From the NCBI RefSeq assembly GCF_000143415.4, contig NW_003314322.1, positions 621,430-685,429 on the forward strand: a stretch of DNA of 64,000 bases, in the 5' to 3' direction. The stretch comes from Selaginella moellendorffii (taxonomy: Eukaryota > Plantae > Lycopodiophyta). Shown here piece after piece: positions 43,238 to 54,339 of this stretch. The translations under genes and the position numbers were made by a program. Positions within the stretch are counted from its first letter, which is position 1, and each line of letters starts with the position of its first letter. Under the pieces are notes generated by a model. The model did not search any database and was not told the origin of the DNA. It saw nothing but the letters and a program-made list of their open reading frames with translations.

Positions 43238-44269
43238 CGGACAGGGTACGTGGTGGATGCCTGTAGTTTAGTTTTTTCTTTTCCTTTTGTCTTAGCGAGC
43301 TTAGAGTATCGTGATCGCCTTTGCTTTCCGGAATGATGATGTGACCTGCAGGGAAGGGCAAGCTGAGATAAAACTATACACGGGCTTGTCTTCGCATTCA
43401 CATGCAGGTGGGGGCATTTCTTCTCGGTTCTCGTGTTCCTCTTTGGTGTATTCTTCCGCTTTTTTAAATTCTGAGCGCTGATTTGATTTGGATGCAGACG
43501 AGCGCTGCTCTTCCTTACTTGCGAAGAAAGCCGCTGCTGGCCATGTTGCATCCACCGCTCAACTTGTACTTAAGCTCCGTAGCTGAGAATCAAAGCTCAT
43601 GTGGCCAAAGGGACGATTTTCTTCTCCGGTTTCGTTGTTTTCCTGCTCGTCCCTGGTAACTTTTTATTCTCTGTACCGATCCATGGGGCCTGCTGCGATG
43701 CTGGCTGGACTGGCATTCGACTTTTCCCAGCAGCTTTTGTGAGAAAGTCAAGACGGTTTGTCTTTGTTTAAGCTTTTGATTCCCTTTCACTACTGTTTGT
43801 TGCTACTGCTGACGACCCCTCCTTTTACCTCGCAGAGTTTTATAAGGATCAAAGTGGGGGGGAATGCACTCTCGATCATTGCAATGCGGCGCGGGGAAGC
43901 GAGAATTTTGAGACGAAAAGACGAGTCAAGCAAAGGCAAGGCTTTCGTGATACTCTTGTTTAACAATGCCTTGTCTCTCTCGGGTACATCCACTTGAGAA
44001 GGAAAGAAAGAGAGATCATTTGCCGGAATATTTCTGGACCGCCGGAATGCATTGCGATTATTTGCCGGAAGACGTTTCTACCGCCGGAACAGAGATATTC
44101 TGTCCAATGGCCATGCATGGCATGGATGGAGGCCTTTATAAGGCTCCACATTCTTGAGAATGTGTAGCTAAGCTCGTTTCTTTCCTTCTTGGCTCTTTGT
44201 CCATTGCGAATCTAATCTATTGTCTAGCGAGCGAGCGAGCGAGAAATCTCTCGCGCGCGCCTCACACAC

Positions 44270-44416
44270 ATAAGATTTTGAGGCAGGCGTTGGCCTGCTG
44301 GCCGGTGGCGAGCTCGCGATCTTGATTGAGAGCTCTCGCTCTCTCTCTCTCTCTCTCTCTCCTCGCATCGCCTCGCCTCGCCGTCCAGCAGGCCAATACC
44401 TCACTCGAGATCTTGT
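44270..44416 (+). ncRNA. Plant pre-miRNA-type hairpin (candidate mature GCGTTGGCCTGCTGGCCGGTG at 44287-44307; possibly MIR1082-related)
   Basis: 44270-44308 pairs without bulges with 44378-44416 (4 mismatches plus G:U pairs); (CT)n loop; TATA-like TTTATAAG at about 44135. Confidence 0.75.
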
Positions 44417-44799
44417 TGGAATTCGGTGCTAGCTTTTCGCAATTTGATCTGTGTGGATTTCTCTGTGCCTCCGAGCCCGGATCCGGCAATGGACAGTATT
44501 GAGCGTGGCTGGAGTGGGATTTTTAAGCTACCTAGATCTGATTCATGACAACATCCTTTGTTTTGATTTTGCAAGGACTGGAGCAAATCCTTTGTTTTTT
44601 TCCAGATCGAGGCCCAAATTATCGCTTCGACTGGCGGCGCCGATCCAAATTTTGTAGTCTTTCTATGCCAGATCGATGTTCGTTTCATGTTCCCTTCGGA
44701 AAAATATCAATTTGTGATTGTTCTAGTTGAAAAAAGGAATCAAATTTGTTGTCAATCTCCTGGAGAGGAAAAAAAAAATTCCGATTTTGATAGATCCAA

Positions 44800-46440
44800 T
44801 CACGAGTACGCATTTGCCAGTAGCACGTACGAGGCAGCGCTCCACGAATCCATGCCAAGAACAGCGCTTCTTTTGGCGAATCCATCCCCTGATCCGGCCA
44901 GGAAGCATCGCCAATCCACCGCGTCGGCCGCAAAGGGCATGCTGCCGAGCAAATCCCGCGCACACCCAAGGAATCCCCCTCGTGCCAGCAGATCGATCAC
45001 GCACGAGTAGTGGCGCTTGCTCGGATCCAGCCCAAAATCCGCGCTCATGCTCCTCAACAAGCCCAGCCCAGTGGAGATCCCCCCCGAGTGGCTGCACGCT
45101 CGATTGAGCATCACCAGGAACACGACCGCGTCGGGGGTCTCCTCCAATTGGAGCTCCCGGAACGAATCCAGCGCGCGCGCGCGGGATTGCGCCGAGATGA
45201 GCGCCGTCCACGACGAGAGATTGCGCTCGTGCATCTCGTCAAACAGCTCCTTGGCACCCCGGGCGTCGCCCTGCGCCGCCATCGCCGAGAGCATCGAGTT
45301 CCAGGACACGAGATCGCGCTCCTCCATGGCATCGAACACCATCCTGGCCTCGCCCAGCTGCCCCGCGCTGATCAATCCACACAGCAAAACGTTCACCGAC
45401 ACGAGATTGCGCTGCGGCATGGAGTCGAAGACGCGCCTCCACTGGAGATCATCGCCGCTGTTCTTGGCGTAAGCGGCGAGTAGCGCGTTCCAGGACACGA
45501 CGTTCCATCGCTGCATGGAATCAAACGTGCACTGAGCCATCTCGATCTGCCCCCGCTGCGAATACGCAACCAGCATGAGATTCCACGTCACAAGATTCCT
45601 CTCCAGCATTCTCTGGAACACTGCCGCCACCTTTTGCAATTGCCCGTGCAGCCCATACGCAGCCAGCATGGCGTTTCCAGAAACAACATCATGAACCCTC
45701 ATGTCACGAAACACACGCTCGGCTTTCAGAACATGCCCACTCGCGGCATATGCAGAGAGCATAGAGTTCCACGAAACCACGTCCCGTTCTTCCATGGCGG
45801 CAAACACTGCTTCCGCGGAAGCAAGCTCGCCGTTGATGGCGTAACCGGTTAGCATGGCGTTCCAGGAAACTAGGTCGTGCCAGGGCATCGAATCAAACAC
45901 TGCTTTTGCCTGGTAGAGATGCCCGTGCCGGGCATATGCGCTGAGCATAGCCGTGGCAGCGATTAGGGTTCTTTCTTCCATGCGCTCCAGCGCGCGCATC
46001 GCCTCGTCGAGGTTCTCCCCCTCGGCATACGATCGCAGCAGTGTGATGTGTGAGACTAGATCCCATTCTGGCATCGCGTCGAAGATCTCCTTGGCGGATT
46101 GCAAATGCCCGGACTGGGCAGCCGCGCAGAGGATCGCGTTGTGGGCGACGAGGTTGTGGAGCGGCATTTGATCGAAGATCTCACGGGCTTGGTCGGGTCT
46201 GTGGTTGCGAGCGTAGGCCCAGAGCATGAGCGCCCAAGAGAAGATGTTCTTCGCGGCGGGAGGGATGGTGAGGAAGGCGGCGTGGGCGATCCCCGGCTCG
46301 CCCAGCCGTCCATACATCTCGATGAGGAGATTGGAGACGTAGCGCGATGGGCGGAGGATTCGGGAGTGGAGGTCTCTGGCGGCCAAGAGTGTGTGACACG
46401 ATCTGATGCGGGACGCCCAGGACAAATCCTCTCCGCCCAT
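44800..46440 (-). CDS. PLS-class pentatricopeptide-repeat protein (SS-rich, E-type C-terminus, no DYW), intronless
   Basis: Tandem 31-aa FDSMP.RDLVSWN.ML.AYA repeats and an ACSHSG...HYSCVIDLLARGG...YVLLANAY E-domain; likely start MGGEDLSW at 46440. Confidence 0.9.
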   Translation of the reverse strand: MGGEDLSWASRIRSCHTLLAARDLHSRILRPSRYVSNLLIEMYGRLGEPGIAHAAFLTIPPAAKNIFSWALMLWAYARNHRPDQAREIFDQMPLHNLVAHNAILCAAAQSGHLQSAKEIFDAMPEWDLVSHITLLRSYAEGENLDEAMRALERMEERTLIAATAMLSAYARHGHLYQAKAVFDSMPWHDLVSWNAMLTGYAINGELASAEAVFAAMEERDVVSWNSMLSAYAASGHVLKAERVFRDMRVHDVVSGNAMLAAYGLHGQLQKVAAVFQRMLERNLVTWNLMLVAYSQRGQIEMAQCTFDSMQRWNVVSWNALLAAYAKNSGDDLQWRRVFDSMPQRNLVSVNVLLCGLISAGQLGEARMVFDAMEERDLVSWNSMLSAMAAQGDARGAKELFDEMHERNLSSWTALISAQSRARALDSFRELQLEETPDAVVFLVMLNRACSHSGGISTGLGLLRSMSADFGLDPSKRHYSCVIDLLARGGFLGCARDLLGSMPFAADAVDWRCFLAGSGDGFAKRSAVLGMDSWSAASYVLLANAYS

Positions 46441-46499
46441 GCCAAATGCCGCATTTTCGCCCGGCCCAAGAACCCTTAAATCGAGAAAGGATTTTCCTT

Positions 46500-48220
46500 G
46501 AAGGTCAAACTTTCTGGCACACTTTGATTGCGTTCCAGGCAATCTGGTGCTTGTCTCGGACCTATCGAACAAGCTCTTGGATTCTTCGAGATGACCGAAG
46601 CTCACGTAGGCAGTGAGCATGGAGACGACGTTAAACTCCGGCATGGAATCAAACAGCGTTTCAAGTGCTTTTCTCGAGCTGGAAGGTGGCGCAGAAGATC
46701 GAGAGTATTATGTTCCAGGAGGTGATTTCTCTCGACAGCATCGCATCAAACAGGCTCTTTGTCCGAGAGACGTCCTCGTGGTGTGCATAGGCGCCCTGGA
46801 TGTTGTTCACGGGTAAGGCATTTTGTCGAAGATCTTCTTTCCTTGCGGGAGCTGACGAGCCCGGTTGTGCGCAGGAGATTGCAAGACAAAAGGTCTTGCT
46901 CCGGCATGGATCATTAATCCCAGCATCGAGTTCCAGGACGACCCGCTGTTTCATCCCCTGAAAGAAAATGATGGCTTTCTCTCGCCATAGCTGTTTAGCA
47001 TCGCATTGTTGCAGACGAGGTCCCAGCTTGGCTTTCTCGACGTAGCCTCTTTGAGCGTAGGCGACGAGCAAAGCTGTCCACGAGACTGTGTTCCAGAGGG
47101 GTATTAGTTAAAAGAGGCGGTCGAGTTCTTCCAAATCGCCATCGTGCGTTCCACGCGACCAGATCTTTGTCGGGCATAGTTAGGCATCATCAAGATGCAA
47201 GAATAGCAGCTGTAGAAACTGTGTCTCGCTATGGCATTGAATCGAAAAATTCTTTTACTTGCAAAAGATCGCTATTGTTGATCATGTACGAGACCAAGGA
47301 TGAAAGAGAATACATCATTAATATGCCCCTTAAGGGCACATGCTGTAAAGACTCTGATCGGAAGAGTTCCTTGCATTCCTCTTATCCCGCTCCAGGAGTC
47401 GAGCAGTACCTGGTGATTCGTGATGTTCGCGTCGAGGAACTTGTCCAGGCGATCCTCGAGATAGTGCGGCTTCCAGCATACCTTGCTATGGATTTGAGAG
47501 CAGCTATCAATGGGGACGCCATTGATAGCTCGACCTCATCCTGCCAAAAACCCTGGAGAATGGCCAATTGGCACTGGGTCTTGGATGTTATCCATTAATA
47601 CGGCAGAAGTAATCTCCGTTAGAACAACAGCAGCCAGGAATTGATGCGCTTTCTCACTTCTCGCCCGTCCCCTCTGCTAGTAACTCCCGCCGTGACACCA
47701 TCCGAGCTATTGCTTCCCATGCCACGTCTCCAACACCACTGTGAAGGGTCCTTCTGTACAAGTGTGAGAGCACTGCTTCACACCAGAGAATGCAATTGAA
47801 TGGCGGCAGCCATCACCCAATATGCATTGAAAGGGAAAGAGAACAGCACAGACGAGAGAGAGGATAGAGAGAGCAAAATAACCCTCGTCTTATATACTTT
47901 CCATGGCAGTAAACCACTTTGAGTCGCAGGCGAGGAGTGTCTTCGATTCCATCGCGCCCAGTGTATGCCCGCCACGGGCATCTTCACGAGGTTAGGAGCG
48001 TCCTTGATGCGTTGCCGGAGTGCGATATCGCGTCCTGGAATTGTCTGGTCTCTTCTGGCCTCTGCTCTTTCTAGCTCCGGTCGATTAGAGGAATGCAAGG
48101 AACGTATGCCCGGCCAGAGTAACATCATAATCACAGCATATGCCCGAAAGGGGCATCTTAACGATGCCAAAACAGTATTCTTCTCCATCCTCAAGCTCAC
48201 CCGAGTCAGCTGCAGCATCC
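46500..48220. pseudogene. Scrambled PPR pseudogene fragments on both strands
   Basis: FDSMPEFNVVSMLTAYVSFGHL, LFDAMLSREITSWNIIL and MPDKDLVAWN on the - strand; IITAYARKGHLNDAKTVF on the + strand; all frameshifted. Confidence 0.7.
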
Positions 48221-48932
48221 GGTGCACCAGCAGGGGCTGACGGTAGCTCCCACGCCGTTTCTCACACAAAGTTCTGGTGGAATGCGTCACTTTGGGAACC
48301 CAAGCTTGTGTGGAAGCACTGAGCAAAGCATGCTTCAATCCTTGCAATCACGGTGTCAATCCCGAGGATTGTCAAGGCGTGAACGTCAATGGTGGGACGA
48401 GTCTGATTGCGTTTGGAGTTGGCTGCTTCATTGGCTTCTTCTTGTACGTAGTGGGTATTAGTATGCCAGCCTTGTTTGCATGTTAGTCACGAGAACAAAC
48501 TCGTGATCAAATAGAATGCTCACAGGCTCTCAATCCCACCACCATGCATATTAAGTTAAGCCTTCATGGCAGCTTTGGACCAGAAGTAGCAGCTTCTACA
48601 CAGGAGGTTTTTCATCCATCACCTTTCTATGAATTTGAGGATCTTCTTTGTGGAACAGTGAACACAAACAAATTCATGCCTGAAAGAACACCAACACAAA
48701 CTCCAAGAAAGAACGAATTAAACTTGGATTAACAATGTCTCCTCAACCTCTTTGATTCCCCATGGAGAGTTCTACGTGAGGATATCAGCTGGATCTCTTT
48801 GACCAAATGGAGGCACAATGCCTTTGTTCTCTCCACAGTTCTCGGCATCTGCTCAGTGCTGCACGATCTGGACCGCAGCGAGCGCATGCACTAGCAGATC
48901 CAGCGGCAGCAGGGTGATCTTGAGGTGGTCTT

Positions 48933-49046
48933 GAGATCTCTGGCCGCCGAGAGTGTGTGACACGATCTGATGCGGGATGCCCAGGACAAATCCTCTCCGC
49001 CCATGCCAAATGCCGTGTTTTCGCCGTGCCCAAGAACCCTAAAATC
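48933..49046 (-). repeat. 114-bp duplicate of the 5' end of the PPR gene (matches 46369-46482)
   Basis: Near-identical sequence encoding GENTAFGMGGEDLSWASRIRSCHTLSAARDL. Confidence 0.92.
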
Positions 49047-49156
49047 TGGAAGAAAGGAGTGGAGATTTTCCTTGTTCCTTCCACTCCGCGACGCGTTTGC
49101 GCGCAAGCTTAAGCAAGGCGCGATCTCGCTAGGGCAGCGGCAGCGATCGATCGGCT

Positions 49157-50049
49157 ATGGAGCATTTCGCGAAGGCGAAGACGGTCCGGCTGAGGAGCTC
49201 GCACGGGAAGTACCTGTGGGCCGAGGAAGACATGGTGGGCGTGTCGCAGGAGCGCGATTCCGGTGAGATGGCGGTGTGGGAGGTGGAGATCGCCGAGAGC
49301 TCTGGGGAAGACTGTGGTGTGGTCCGGCTCAAGAGCGCGCTGGGCTGCTACCTCACGGCCTCGGACGAGCACTTCCTCCTGGGAATGACGGGCAAGAAGG
49401 TGTTGCAGAGCGCGCGCGACAATCAATCGCTGGAATCGCTGGTGGAGTGGGAGCCCATCGCGGCGGGCGAGGTAGGCTCTTTTGTCAAGCTCAAGACGCG
49501 CCATGGCAACTTCCTGCGCGGCAATGGCGGGATTCCTCCATGGAGGAACTCGGTCACGCACGACGTGCCCGTAAGATCTGCGACCCAGAGCTGGCTCCTC
49601 TGGGAGGTGGAGGTGGTCGAATCCAAGACCCAACACCAGCACCAACACCACCAGCGATCCAAGAGCTCCTTCTCGGTAAGAGGTCCCTGCCAATTCCACG
49701 ATCGATCGATGGAATCCTTGTGTTCTTCTTGTGCCAGGCGACGCCCCAGCTCTCTTTCAAGATCCCCAAATCCGAGGGGAGGCTCATACGCTACGCGGTG
49801 GTGTGGGACAAGAGCGAAACCATTCCAGTTCCTTGCAAGGAGTGGCCCAGATTTCACTTCCACGGGGGTAATACTCTCGCGGATCTCACCACCGCGATCA
49901 AGGAGGAGCTGGGGCTTGATCCGAGCGAAGAGGTGCTCGTCTGCTCTAGGCACGATGCCAGCGGCAAGATCTTCCCGCTCAAGCTTGGGCTTCCCCCAAA
50001 CAATGCGCCTATGAGCCTGGTGATTGTCAGGTCTCCTCCTCCACAATGA
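49157..50049 (+). CDS. DUF569 actin-crosslinking (fascin-like beta-trefoil) protein, 2 exons
   Basis: VRLRSSHGKYLWAEED, VRLKSALGCYLTAS..FLLGMTGKKVLQ, LKTRHGNFLRGNGGIPPWRNSVTHDVP, C-terminal EGRLIRY...PLKLGLPPNNAPM; intron 49676-49737. Confidence 0.92.
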
Positions 50050-50639
50050 TACCAGCAGACCTTGTTTTCACCATCGCCATGCTCGCTGAAGCGTACCTAG
50101 ATCGAGCACAAAATGTTCAATATACTAGAGTTAGACAGGGATCCCCCTCTCCCCCACACTATTTGGCTTGTCCATGGATGGGCTTGAGCAAGTCAAGCAC
50201 CCTTCCCAATTGTCCTTGCAGGAGAGAGACGATACACCTCCAATAACTTACAATCGACGGTATGCCACCCCTTCGTTTTTACGTCATCCAGATTGCTACT
50301 TGGGAAGCCTTCCTGCCTGAGGAGCGCGATCTCACTGGACTCATCTTCGACTCCTCAAATCCTTTGTGATTCATCTTCGCTGGTGTGAAAGCCAGAAGAC
50401 CTGCTAGGAAGCAAAGGACCCATAGGTCTAGATCCTGGTTCACATCGTCGTAGCTTAGCTGTGGTAATCGAGAGGTTCCGCCTTTGGTCCTAAAGAGTCG
50501 CTGTTAGATCCACAAGGACGTATAGAAGAAACTCAGTCTTTCCAATCCCTGGATTCCCCATGACCAGGATCTAGTTCTTGTCGTTGGGGTTTGCCAAGAC
50601 CACGACTTGTATCTTGTTGCTTATAGCACCGCCTCTCCA

Positions 50640-50830
50640 AAATCTTCATATTGCTGAAGAGATCGAGAAGCGGCAAAGCAAGAAATCGATAATTGTCGGA
50701 ATTAGCCTGATGGGACCAGAAATTGTTATTTGAAATATCGAGTACCTGTAACTGTTTCATGTTCCATATCCAGTTTGGAATGTTACCACTAAATTGAATA
50801 TTTCTGACGCTTAAGACTGTCACGCCACCT
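50640..50830 (-). pseudogene. LRR receptor-like gene fragment
   Basis: NIQFSGNIPNWIWNMKQLQVLDISNNNF plant LRR consensus, isolated and truncated. Confidence 0.6.
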
Positions 50831-52026
50831 CCAGAGAAATATCTGTTAGAGTTTAGTAGCACAGCTGCAGTAAGTAGTTGGGAAGTAGAGTTGAGGTTGT
50901 TAATATTTTTTGTCAAATGATTATAACCATGTGAAAGTGTGTTTTAATTTAGGGCAAAAGAGGAGATTCATTAAGATATTCCTTTGTGATTTGGTTATGG
51001 AATAAAAGATATAAAGAGGAGGTTAAACTGTGCTTAAAGTGTTTAAATGTGTTTAATAGTGATCTTGTAGATTTTAGAATGGAGAGCATTTTCTAGAGAG
51101 ATCTCACGACTTGCCAATGGCAACACAATGGCTTTAAGCTTGTGTGTAAGTATTCCACAGCTTGCTAGTGGCAACATAGTGGCCCTGGAATAATAATCTT
51201 AAATCTAAAAGTGTTCTTAAAAGTTAGATTTTCATGATATTTTTTTGTAAGGATTGAGTGGTTTTGAGGGAGAATTTTGGAGTAGAGAGAGTGCTTTATG
51301 ACCTATTAGTGACAATGTAGTGGCTTTGAGCAAATTTAAAAGATAGAAAAGTGTCCTTAGTCTCTTTCCTACAAGGGTGTATGACAAGAGGTAATTAAGG
51401 GCAATTGCATTTTATTTGGCACTTTGGAGCTTCCATCCTACAAGTTCCAGGGTGGCTTGTGGCTGGCCAGTGGAAACACAATGGCCCTCTCTCCTTTAAG
51501 TGTCCTTCTTCATCCTCTTTTGTGTGGGATTCCTCTTGCTCAGCAACATGGAATTGAGGCTCTTAACTCAATTGATTGGTCTTTTAATGAGTAAATTAAG
51601 TAGCCTTGGATTTGCCTAGTTACCTTTGCTATAGACACTTCTGTGTTTTTTTTAAGGGACTTGCCCAAATGGGCCATATGGTGGATTTGGGATATTTTGG
51701 GGATTTAATTTGACTGGTTGGTCTTTTTATTTGCCCACATAGGCCATATGGTGGATTTGGGATATTCTGTAAACATGTGGGTGAATGCAATTGTTCAGCA
51801 CACCTATGTGGTGCAAGCACCTTAAGGACAATAAAAGTTTCCACTAATATGAGTGGATGCATACAGAAACTTTAGTTTATATATAGTGGTTGAGATTAAA
51901 ACCAATTCAACTACTGTTCTAATAATAGTATAGCTATAACAAAATATGTTTATAAATATAAATACAAGATTAATCTAAATAAGAATATCCTAGAATATTT
52001 AAGTATATTTATATCCTATGTGTGTG

Positions 52027-52063
<37 letters not shown>

Positions 52064-53359
52064 CACTTTAAAAATAAGTTAATAAAAGTTGGTAGATCAA
52101 TGTTCTAAATGTGGATGGAGATCTTTGGGTCAATTACAAAACATTCTCTATACCTTTTTTAAATGACACTTTATGGTATTATAATTATTCTTATGGGATG
52201 GTATTATTATATTGCAGTACTATGATGACATAATTTGTTGCTGTAAGGCTTGAGCACTCACATTACATGTTGCATGCAACAATGTTTTGTTTATTTAATA
52301 GTAATGTTATTCATGTTTAGTATTATTTATTAATCCAATTGATAAATATATAATTCAATAAAAATTTCTAAAAGCTTTACTAGAAGAGAAGTTGATATAA
52401 AGCTGAACAAGTATTATCACATATTATGGGCATAAACACAAGCCACATTTTTATTCAATGATTATATGCCAAAATTAAGTTTAATGAGAGTTCTAAGCTT
52501 ATATTTGACTAGTGACCTTTATATAATATTCTACAATAAACTCTTTGAGTAACCATGTAACTGCATCTCTTTAATTAATTAGATAGCTTTGTAATAACCA
52601 TATTGTGAGTGCTCACAATCTAGCTTTACTCAAAAATATATTTCATTTTAAGCTAAAAAATGTGCCTTATTGTGTTTAATTTGAATTTTATAATTATAAA
52701 TATATTTATAATTTTTTATATCAAATATCAGATTTTAGAATAAATTAGAAGTGTTAAGAAAAGTTTATACATTATAAATATATTTATAGTTGTTAAATAG
52801 AAGAATAATATAAATGAATAACAGCACTTATATGTAAAATATCCCAAAATATCCCAGCATAGTCCCAAAACATATTAAAACTTTTCCAAAAATCTGAAAT
52901 AGAACCTCACATTGTAAACTATGAAATATATGAAACTCTACCACCAAATTCAGCCATTAATTACTTTCAACTCATAACATTTTTTGAAAATGGCCATAAG
53001 GGTTCAAGTTTCTTTTGGAAGGGTTGCTCAAAATTTATGAAGACTTTTTTTCCCTCAAGGTTGGACATATTCTGATCTAAGACCAGATACATATAGTGAA
53101 AATGCTTTTATATTTGAATCCTTTCTCAAACCCTTTGATTGCTCACAAAACAATTCATCACTACACTATCACCAAAGTGATTTGATGTTCGTAACGTTTA
53201 ATGATGGTCGTTGTCCAATAGAAGCTCAAATTTGGTCCATAACGTAATTTCTAAATATTTTAGATAAAGGAATAAAATGTTTCCCAGTTATGACTTCTTG
53301 GTTATGTTTTAGCTAATAGGGCATTTCAGATCATACATTAAAGAACAGATCTAAACTAA

Positions 53360-54276
53360 TCACTTCTTACAATTCTTCTTGTCGCAATTCAGTGAGCTGT
53401 TTTTGTTCTTGAGAACCTCGTCTAGAGGTGGTCTGCCTGGATTAAACCAAATTAAAGACAATAAATTTGAAAAAGCTTTACAATACCTGTAATTGGAAGC
53501 CTGTACTTGGCCCACACATTGTACAATGCATTTGCAATGGTTGAGAACTTGCAAAAAGATTTCAGTCGTAGTACGTAACAAGGTTAAAAAGATAGAAACC
53601 ACTGAGCTTACAGGTTCGTAGTTCGTGATTGCGTAAACCCATCCAAGTCCCACAGCCTCATATAATTTCTTAAAAGCCTGCAAAAGAGATTCAAAACGAA
53701 GAAAATAATTTTTTTTAAAACGCAATACCTCGACATTAGTGAACACCTTGCCGTCATTGGAAATCACATGAACTCTCCCCATTGCCTGTGAAAATAGATA
53801 GATAACTATCACCGAGATAGAGATCTCGCTGATCTCAAAGAAGGAAAATGAAAATCATGAAGAGAAGTTACAGCTTCGTAGTCGATTCCAGCATTTTGAT
53901 GTGGGGAGTACTCGTTAGCACTGATATCCACAAATTTGATGGATTGGTATTGTGTGTTTCTCTTGCGCAGCATGTCCACCTATGGTGATCATATGCAAAT
54001 AATAAAAACGATGCCAGCCAAAAGAACGAAAAAAACCTCTCGGAGACAAAGAGGACACTCCCCATCATACAACATTTTAAGCTCCCACTGATCACTGGTA
54101 GTATGGGGGTTGCCAGAAGAAGAAGAGAGGGCTGGGAAAGAAATCGTGGATTAGAATGTCATGTAGCGATGAATCATACCAAAGAATTTCTTCCTGGGAG
54201 AATTTGGACCAATTCCTCTCCATTCGCTCGCTCGACGCAGCGGCCTCGCTCCCAAAGTCGAGACTTGCCTCAACAT
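53360..54276 (-). CDS. DCC1: DUF393/DCC thiol-disulfide oxidoreductase (DCC1/At5g50100-like), organelle-targeted, 7 exons
   Basis: WELKMLYDGECPLCLRE|VDMLRKRN..IKFVDIS..GIDYEA|AMGRVHVI..NVE|AFKKLYEAVGLGWVYA|..VWAKYRLPIT|GRPPL; DxxCxxC motif; Arg-rich presequence. Confidence 0.9.
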
Positions 54277-54339
54277 TAGTATCTCCCAAAAACCCTAAAA
54301 TTCTTACTTTGTAAGCATCCACGAGGATGCTTGGAGAGG

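Noticed and set aside
46441-46644. N-terminal extension of the 614-aa PPR ORF from 46644
   Set aside because: Looks like chance in-frame joining of an upstream pseudogene fragment; the duplicated 5' segment points to MGGEDLSW (46440) as the start.
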